Shown here: piece after piece, positions 54,603 through 60,375 of the stretch
Numbering within the stretch: position 1 is the first letter of the stretch
Layout of the letters: each line of letters begins with the position of its first letter
Source: Ammonifex sp.
GTDB taxonomy: Bacteria > Bacillota > Desulfotomaculia > Desulfotomaculales > DYER01
NCBI GenBank assembly: GCA_020725605.1
Contig: DYER01000029.1
Location: 1-60,375 of the forward strand
DNA: 60,375 nucleotides
Direction: 5' to 3'
Program-made: the position numbers and the translations under genes
The notes under the pieces: generated by a model
Seen by the model: only the letters and a program-made list of their open reading frames with translations
What the model was told of the DNA's origin: nothing
The model's database searches: none

Positions 54603-54802
54603 GCTACCAATACGGGCGGGTGAGGGTCCGGCGGCCGCAGGCACATGAAGGATCTCCTACGGGGCCGTGGGACACGCCCGGGAACCCGCGGCCATTCTTG
54701 CGGCTCCCGGCGGTGCCGCCCGGAGACTGCGCCCGGCATACCGCCCGGAGGCAGAGGGCCGTCCGGGCGAAAGAGAGGTCGGGGAGAACCGGCACCGGCG
54801 TC

Positions 54803-55324
54803 TCAGCCTGAAGCGCCTTGCGCATCTCCGCCCCCGGCCGGCACCACGATGCGGAACCGGCCCAGGGCCTCGGTCACCACGTCCCCCAGAAAGTCCTCCA
54901 GTTCCCGGTCGGACCAGCCCCTCTGTTCCTGAAAGAGGAGCCGCACCACCCGGCTGGCGAGCAGGCTTTCCACCAGGTTGGCCCGCAGCAGTTCCCGGAT
55001 CTCGGCCTCGGCGCGGCGGCGGGCCTCCTCCTTTATGGCCTCGGCGGCCCGCACGGCCTCGCCCATGACGCGGGCCACGTCGCCAACCGCGGCCAGGTGC
55101 CCCCGCACATCCTCGGCTACGGCCCCGAGTTTGCGCTCCAGGATCTCCAGGTCGCGCCGCAGGGACTCGGGCATCCCGCCTTCGCGTTCGGCACCCTCCC
55201 GCAGGCTCCGCTCGCACTCCGCCAGACGCCTCTTGAGGGCCGCGTTCTCCTCCATCAGGTCCGCGCGCTCCCGCGCCCACTCCTTGAGGCGCTCCGTGAA
55301 CCGTTTTTCCAGCTCAGCCAGCAA
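54803..55324 (-). CDS. coiled-coil protein (unknown family)
   Basis: TTG 55324 follows GGAGGGG and overlaps the upstream stop. The sequence has E/R/A-rich heptad character and high GC3 in this frame. Confidence 0.6.
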   Translation of the reverse strand: MLAELEKRFTERLKEWARERADLMEENAALKRRLAECERSLREGAEREGGMPESLRRDLEILERKLGAVAEDVRGHLAAVGDVARVMGEAVRAAEAIKEEARRRAEAEIRELLRANLVESLLASRVVRLLFQEQRGWSDRELEDFLGDVVTEALGRFRIVVPAGGGDAQGASG

Positions 55325-55646
55325 CGGAGTTCCCCTCCATCGGCCCGTGTCCGGCCAGCAGTTCCCGCACGCGCCGGACGCCCTCGCGGTAGCCCTGAAC
55401 CTCAGCCTCCAGCTCCGCCACGCGACGCTCCAGTTCCAGAACCCGCTCCCGCCACAGGTCCCCGGGTGGCTCGGCCGGCCGGGCCCGCTCCTCGGATAAC
55501 AGGCGTTCCAGTTCCGCAATGCGCTCCGCCTGCCTCTGGTTCTCCTGGAGCAGGTCGCGGACCTTGCCCTCGTACTCCTCGATCAGCGCCTGCACCTGCT
55601 GCTTGTTATATCCGTACAGCAACTGCCGTTTGATCCCGCGCCGCAA
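55314..55646 (-). CDS. DivIVA-domain protein
   Basis: The N-terminus KRQLLYGYNKQQVQALIEE matches the DivIVA N-terminal motif (F..GY....V..FL), and a coiled coil follows. The TTG start lies 1 nt after the upstream stop. Confidence 0.65.
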   Translation of the reverse strand: MRRGIKRQLLYGYNKQQVQALIEEYEGKVRDLLQENQRQAERIAELERLLSEERARPAEPPGDLWRERVLELERRVAELEAEVQGYREGVRRVRELLAGHGPMEGNSVAG

Positions 55647-55647
55647 A

Positions 55648-56193
55648 CTACACCCCCTCCACCCGCACGACCTTCAAATCGCACTCCTGAACCACACGCC
55701 GCACAATGGCCGCCACCCACTCCTCCCACTTCTCGGGGCCGGCCGGGCCTCCGGCCACCAGGTGCCGGAAGAACTCCTCGCCCACCAGGGCCCGCAAAAT
55801 GCCGTCCTCGGTCAACCGGCGCAGCCTGGCGTGCACCTCTTCCTCAAGCCGCCGCTCCAGCGCCACCTCAGCCTCCGCGGCCCGGAGCAGCATCCGGAAG
55901 ATGAGGTCCACGGGTTTCGCCCACCGCTCGCGCTCCTCCCGCAGGACCGCCAGGTCCTCCCCCAGCCGGCGGCACTCCTCCTCCAGCCTGCGGCCCCGCT
56001 CCTCGGCCTCGGCCCGCGCCGCGCGCTCGGCCTCGAGGGCCCCCAGGACGGCACGCGCCTGCTCGTACAGGGCGCGGCACTCCTCGGCGCCCCGGTCCGC
56101 CGGGTGTGTGGGGGGCCCGGCCGGCCGCACCGGCTCCGGGACGACGTCAAACTCCTCCTCCCACCTGGTTTCCTCCTCCATCTGAAACTCCAC
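55648..56193 (-). CDS. coiled-coil protein (unknown family)
   Basis: GTG 56193 lies 7 nt after AGGAGG. The central segment is E/R/A-rich coiled coil. Confidence 0.6.
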   Translation of the reverse strand: MEFQMEEETRWEEEFDVVPEPVRPAGPPTHPADRGAEECRALYEQARAVLGALEAERAARAEAEERGRRLEEECRRLGEDLAVLREERERWAKPVDLIFRMLLRAAEAEVALERRLEEEVHARLRRLTEDGILRALVGEEFFRHLVAGGPAGPEKWEEWVAAIVRRVVQECDLKVVRVEGV

Positions 56194-56956
56194 GCGCTAA
56201 CCTCCTCCCTCCGGACGTAGCGGTGTTGCACTTCCGCGAGCCATCTACCTCCCCGGCCCCCGTGACCCCGGCCGGAACCCGCCCGTGGGAAGACCCCGCG
56301 GCCCGGCGTGCGCGATGCGGGCCGCCCCGTTCCGGCGATGGTACGTGGCCGCTCCGCGCCTGCCACTGCGCCGTGAAGGTGATCAGAAAGGAACGGGCGA
56401 TGATCTGAAGGTCCCCGGAAAAGGTGGCCCCCTGGAGGTAGGCCAGGTCGTGGGCCAGCTTTTCCTCCGGCGGGCTCTCGTAGTGGCCGTAAATCTGGGC
56501 GGGGCCGGTCAGGCCGGGCCGCACCAGATGCCGCAGGTCGAAACCGGGGCAGGAGGCCCCGATGGCCGCCACCAGCTCCGGACGCTCGGGCCGCGGGCCC
56601 ACGAAGCTCATATGCCCGAGAAAAATGTTGACGAGCTGGGGCAGCTCGTCCATGGCCGTGGCCCTCAACACCCGGCCCACGCGCGTGACCCGGGGGTCGT
56701 TAGCTCCGGCCAGCACGGCCCCGGTGTGCCGCTCGGCGTCGCGCACCATGGAGCGGAACTTGTAGAGGCGGAAAACCCGGCCCCCCCGACCCACCCGCTC
56801 CTGCACGTAAAGCACGGGCCACCCGTCCTCCAGCAGGATGGCCGCGGAGATGGCCAGCCACAGGGGCACGGAGAGGAGCAATCCCGCCCCGGCCAGCAGG
56901 GCGTCGAAGAGGCGCTTCCAGGGCGAAAGGGCCCAAGTCGCAACCCTTACGTCCAC
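56147..56956 (-). CDS. bacterial sugar transferase (undecaprenyl-phosphate glycosyl-1-phosphate transferase family)
   Basis: Motifs are WKRLFDALLAGAGLLL, YKFRSM, DELPQL, GPRPERP and LRPGLTG. The C-terminal ~75 aa look non-protein-like and overlap the next gene. The start is GTG 56956 or TTG 57016. Confidence 0.8.
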   Translation of the reverse strand: MDVRVATWALSPWKRLFDALLAGAGLLLSVPLWLAISAAILLEDGWPVLYVQERVGRGGRVFRLYKFRSMVRDAERHTGAVLAGANDPRVTRVGRVLRATAMDELPQLVNIFLGHMSFVGPRPERPELVAAIGASCPGFDLRHLVRPGLTGPAQIYGHYESPPEEKLAHDLAYLQGATFSGDLQIIARSFLITFTAQWQARSGHVPSPERGGPHRARRAAGSSHGRVPAGVTGAGEVDGSRKCNTATSGGRRLARGVSDGGGNQVGGGV

Positions 56957-57034
56957 GATGCCACCCCCACCCGGATCTTTTCGGCATCCGGGGTGGCATC
57001 CCTGCCGTAACAACAAAAAGCGGGCGGGAAGTTC

Positions 57035-57580
57035 CTAAAACACCTGATACAGGTCCAGGCGCAAGCCCCGCAGGACCGCCGAGGCGAACGGCCTCTTGTC
57101 ACCGCGGCTGTAAAGTTCGACGGTTTCGCCCTCGGGGGTGATGGTACATACCTCGATGGTCCGGGCCACCGGATGCACGAACCATATTTCCCGGACCCCG
57201 TGGGTCACGTACAGCTTTTTCTTGAGGGTGCGGTCCCGCTCCGCGGTGGAGCCCGACAGGATCTCGATCACCAGGTCCGGCGCCCCCCTGATATTGGGCT
57301 CCGTGATAATGTGCTGCCGTTCCCGACTGATGAAAATGACGTCGGGCTGCACCACGTCCTCCTCCGTGAGGTAAACGTCTACGGGGGCGCTTATTACCAC
57401 CCCGAGATTGTTCTCCCCCACGTGCTGCCGCAGCATAAAGTACAGATTCCCGGCCACCATCTGGTGGATCACGCTGGGCGCCGGAACCACGTAGAGCTTC
57501 CCCCCGATGAGCTCGTACCTCTTTTCGTCTCCGAGGAGGCAGTAGTCCTCATAAGTGAACCTGATGCGCTCTACGGCCAC
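57035..57580 (-). CDS. Uma2-family (DUF820) endonuclease, paralog of 43660-44208
   Basis: GTG follows GGGGAGGTGG. Motifs are YELIGG, QPDVIFI, APDLVIEILSGST and EIWFVHP. Confidence 0.85.
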   Translation of the reverse strand: MAVERIRFTYEDYCLLGDEKRYELIGGKLYVVPAPSVIHQMVAGNLYFMLRQHVGENNLGVVISAPVDVYLTEEDVVQPDVIFISRERQHIITEPNIRGAPDLVIEILSGSTAERDRTLKKKLYVTHGVREIWFVHPVARTIEVCTITPEGETVELYSRGDKRPFASAVLRGLRLDLYQVF

Positions 57581-57766
57581 GTCCGCCACCTCCCCATCCG
57601 GCCCGAAGCCCGCTCCCAAGGGGTACCGGTCCCCGGACCTCTACCCGCGGGCCGAAGCCTCTCGCGCCGATTGTACCATGCAGCCCGGCGGGCCGCAAGG
57701 GCGCCGGCCACCGCGGGCTCCCTGACGGGTCCTACCCGATCCCGGCCATGGGCGCTCGGGCGACCC

Positions 57767-59905
57767 TCACGGCAGCGTGTCGCCGGCCAGGCCGTAGCTG
57801 CGGGCGAGCCACACGAAGTCCGAGAGGTCCACCCGCCCGTCGGCGTTGAAATCGGCCGCGGCGTTGAAGCCCGCCTCTCCTGCCCGGGCACCGTAGGCCA
57901 GGCCCAGGGCCACCAGGTCCGACAGGTCCACCCGGTCGTCGCGGTTCACGTCGCCGGAGAACAGCGTGACCGCCGGCACCTCCACCTGCTCCCCGGGACC
58001 CGGGCGGAAGCTCCCAAGGTAGCGGCTCAGGCAGCCGGGGCGCAAGGCCAGGAGATGATAGGTGCCGGAGGGCAGGCCCGCAAACTCAAAACGGCCCCCG
58101 GCGCCGGTCTCAACCGCCGCCAGCAAACTTCTTGCGGCGTCGTAAAGGCGCACGGTGATCCCGGCCGCCGCGCCCAGCCCCTCGGCGCCCAGGGTCCCTG
58201 CCAGGCGCGAGGCGCCGCGTACGGTGATGGTGGCGCCCTCGTAAGAAACCGGGATACTCCGGCCCCCGCCGTCTGCCAGAGAGACCGCCGTGGGGGTGAT
58301 GGCCGCGTTCCCGACCCCCTCCGCCGAGAAGGTGAGTTCGGCCAGGGGCACGTCACCGCTTACCCCGGGCACCTGGCCCTGCCGGCCGGCCACCCACCAG
58401 GCGCTGCCGGCCTGATTGTCGTAGCCCTGTCGCAGCACCAGCTCGTTGAGAGGTGCGGCAACCTCGAGGGCCTCGGCCCGCAGCGCGCCCGTCGTGAAGC
58501 CCAGGGCCACGTCGGCGGCGTAAAGGTCCGCGGCGTGGTAGGCGGCGACGGTCACGGTAAACTGCGCTCCTTCGGCCACCGAGGCCGGGGCCAGCACCCG
58601 CACCCGCGCGCCGGCGGTGGTCACCTCCAGCGCAGCAGGTGCCGAACGGTGCCCCGCGGCGTCCTCGGCGGTCACGGCGTAGGTGTAGGTGCGGCCCGCC
58701 TCCAGGCCCGTGTCCTCAAAGGAGGTGACCGGGGCGCCCGTGCGGCCCGCCTCCGCCCCGTCCCGGATAACGACATAGCCGGTGACCATGAGGTCGTCGG
58801 AGGCCCGGTCCCAGACCAGGGTCACGGAGTCCGCGGACACCGCGGCGGCCCGGAGGTTGGCGGGCGCCTCCGGCGGCGCCTGGTCCGCGGCCCCGTTCAC
58901 CGCCACGAAGACACGGTCCGCGCCCCCGGAACGGGCCGCCCAGGCCGGCACCCCGTCGCGCAGGCCGTAGCAGTGGAAGGTGTCCGCGGCCGCCACTTCC
59001 ACCGGGGAGCCGCCGGCAACATCGTACGCGAAAAGCCCCGCGGTGCCGCCCACCGGCCGCGTGAAGGCCAGCCAATCCCCGTCCGCCGCCGGCCGCGATG
59101 CCCCGGCCGTGCCGGGCACGAGCCGCGTTTCTCCGTTGCGGTAGAGCACCAGGCCCTCGGCCCCGACCCAGGCCAGGTAGTCGCCCACCGGCACGGCGCC
59201 CAAGCGGATGGTGGAACTGTAAACTTCCTCCGCAACCCCGCCCGACAGTAAGAAGCCCAGGCTCGCGCGGTGGGTACGCCAGGTACCGCTACCGTAGCGC
59301 GCCCACACCAGGGTCTCGCCGTTCACGGCCAGGTCCCCGGCGGGGTAGTTCTTCGCCGGGTCGGCGGAGGGCCCGGCCAGGCGCACCGTCTGCCCGGTGC
59401 CGGCGTCGTAGTGGTACACGCTGGCGTTGTACCAGTCGTCGCCTTCCCCCGCGACGTAGCCGTCGCGCTTGTCCAGCCAGAGGACGTGGTTCCCGACCAC
59501 GGCCAGCTGCCCCTTGCCCGCGGAATGGGTATCGATCTGGGCCACGGACTGGCCCGGCCGCCACAGGTAGAGGTACTGGTTCCGGCCGATAAAGGCCACG
59601 CCCGCCGCACCCGCGGCCAGCTCGGCCAGGCCCCCGGATTCCGACGGCACCGCGGCCGTCCACTCCTCGCCCGTGGTGCGCCGTAACGCGTGCAGCAGGC
59701 CGTCGCTCCCGACCCAGGCCACCAGGTCTCCGCCCGCAGCCGTAAGCGTCCCGTAGCCCACCTCTACCACGCTCCAGCCGGCCCGGGCCGGAGCGGGTCC
59801 AAATAGAAGGACCGGCAAGATCAGGCAGATGGCCAGGACAAATCCGGTCCGCCCGCCGCCGGCCCGTTCCTCCGGCCCGGTGGGCACTGTGCCCGCAGTA
59901 TGCAT
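57767..59905 (-). CDS. secreted multidomain protein: beta-propeller-like repeats, FN3, cohesin-like, CarboxypepD_reg-like and C-terminal dockerin
   Basis: ATG 59905 precedes the signal peptide (FVLAICLILPVLLFGPAPARA). The FN3 domain reads PANLRAAAVSADSVTLVWD...YTYAVTAED. Cohesin-like and GRFEFAGLPSGTYHL segments follow. The dockerin repeats are DVNRDDRVDLSD and DFNADGRVDLSD. Confidence 0.8.
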   Translation of the reverse strand: MHTAGTVPTGPEERAGGGRTGFVLAICLILPVLLFGPAPARAGWSVVEVGYGTLTAAGGDLVAWVGSDGLLHALRRTTGEEWTAAVPSESGGLAELAAGAAGVAFIGRNQYLYLWRPGQSVAQIDTHSAGKGQLAVVGNHVLWLDKRDGYVAGEGDDWYNASVYHYDAGTGQTVRLAGPSADPAKNYPAGDLAVNGETLVWARYGSGTWRTHRASLGFLLSGGVAEEVYSSTIRLGAVPVGDYLAWVGAEGLVLYRNGETRLVPGTAGASRPAADGDWLAFTRPVGGTAGLFAYDVAGGSPVEVAAADTFHCYGLRDGVPAWAARSGGADRVFVAVNGAADQAPPEAPANLRAAAVSADSVTLVWDRASDDLMVTGYVVIRDGAEAGRTGAPVTSFEDTGLEAGRTYTYAVTAEDAAGHRSAPAALEVTTAGARVRVLAPASVAEGAQFTVTVAAYHAADLYAADVALGFTTGALRAEALEVAAPLNELVLRQGYDNQAGSAWWVAGRQGQVPGVSGDVPLAELTFSAEGVGNAAITPTAVSLADGGGRSIPVSYEGATITVRGASRLAGTLGAEGLGAAAGITVRLYDAARSLLAAVETGAGGRFEFAGLPSGTYHLLALRPGCLSRYLGSFRPGPGEQVEVPAVTLFSGDVNRDDRVDLSDLVALGLAYGARAGEAGFNAAADFNADGRVDLSDFVWLARSYGLAGDTLP

Positions 59906-60184
59906 TGTGCATCCCCAGTTTAGCGGCAATTCGACCCTTCCGGGTCGAATTCCTGCCACCGGCGCCGAAATTTCCCCGGTACCGCGCCGGAACTCCCGCA
60001 CGCTGCCTCGCCGTACCTCCACCACGGCCGGGCGTGCCGCCAGTTCGGGGTGAATACAGGAGTAGCTGGCTCCCGAATCGAACAACGCCTCCGGTTCGGC
60101 CTCACCCATCGAGCCCTTCAGCCTGATGGTTTTGTAAGATTGCGGCGTGACTTCGCCCCCATAAGATTTGTGCCCGGCTCCGGC
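59906..60184 (-). pseudogene. retropepsin-like aspartic protease remnant, in frame with and upstream of the secreted protein
   Basis: The frame reads ...KTIRLKGSMGEAEPEALFDSGASYSCIHPELA, with a DSGA active-site motif. It has no proper start, and no stop before the signal-peptide Met at 59905. Confidence 0.45.
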
Positions 60185-60188
60185 CTAC

Positions 60189-60375
60189 CTATCCTTTTTC
60201 TTTCAGTCCTAACACCCGCCTGATGGCCCCGACCAGCCAGTCCTCGTCAAAGGGTTTGACGATGAAATCTTGGGCCCCGGCCGCGAGAGCCTGCAGCACC
60301 AGGTCGCGCTGGCCCATGGCGCTGCACATAATGATTTTCGCCCCGGGGTCCATCCTCCTCAACGCCCGCACGCCC
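60189..60375 (-). CDS. CheY-like response regulator receiver, 5'-truncated by the window edge
   Basis: The C-terminal REC pattern PGAKIIMCSAMGQ...GAQDFIVKPF is present. Confidence 0.8.
   Translation of the reverse strand, partial: GVRALRRMDPGAKIIMCSAMGQRDLVLQALAAGAQDFIVKPFDEDWLVGAIRRVLGLKEKG

Overview
High-GC window (most 60-nt stretches I counted by eye are about 65-70% GC). The gene content looks like an anaerobic, S-layer-bearing Firmicute; that is inference only. Many long ORFs in the track are antisense or off-frame artefacts of the GC content and are not reported as genes.

Layout, left to right:
(1) 3-10536 (+): a redox operon with a thiolase 3' end, a LutB/LutA-like fusion, a second LutB-like protein, an FrhB-like protein translationally coupled to indolepyruvate:ferredoxin oxidoreductase IorAB, and GlcD/GlcF-like hydroxyacid oxidase subunits.
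(2) 10.6-17.4 kb (-): a lower-GC stretch with a PAS-GGDEF protein, an SLH-anchored secreted lipase and a PHB-depolymerase-family esterase, behind a perfect sigma-54 promoter.
(3) 17.4-30.9 kb (-): one long same-strand beta-oxidation cluster. It holds Hbd, crotonase, two acyl-CoA dehydrogenases, an SCP-x thiolase + HMG-CoA-synthase-like + DUF35 trio, acyl-CoA ligase, a PrpR-like sigma-54 activator, DUF362, SDR and SCP2, behind a second sigma-54 promoter.
(4) 31-33.1 kb: two toxin-antitoxin loci, a Phd/RelE type with an interrupted toxin and an AbiEi/AbiEii type.
(5) 33.1-33.5 kb: a GC-rich repeat family.
(6) 33.5-43.4 kb (-): a Zn-ribbon/Fe-S/CooS operon and an HPP membrane protein, each behind a sigma-54 promoter with a shared upstream 8-mer. 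Upstream lie an unusual sigma-54 activator (degenerate LMW-PTP/ArsC + PAS), a CHASE4-PAS-GGDEF-HD-GYP sensor and a REC protein with a degenerate GGDEF.
(7) 43.6-54.6 kb (+): a Uma2 endonuclease, a frameshifted retropepsin-like gene, a c-di-GMP-I (GEMM-I) riboswitch with terminator, then a type IV pilus cluster (pilin, PilB with MshEN motifs, PilC, four minor pilins, PilMNO).
(8) 54.8-60.4 kb (-): three overlapping coiled-coil/DivIVA genes, a sugar transferase, a second Uma2, a secreted cohesin+dockerin protein and a CheY fragment.

No rRNA, tRNA, CRISPR array, transposase or integrase was recognised.
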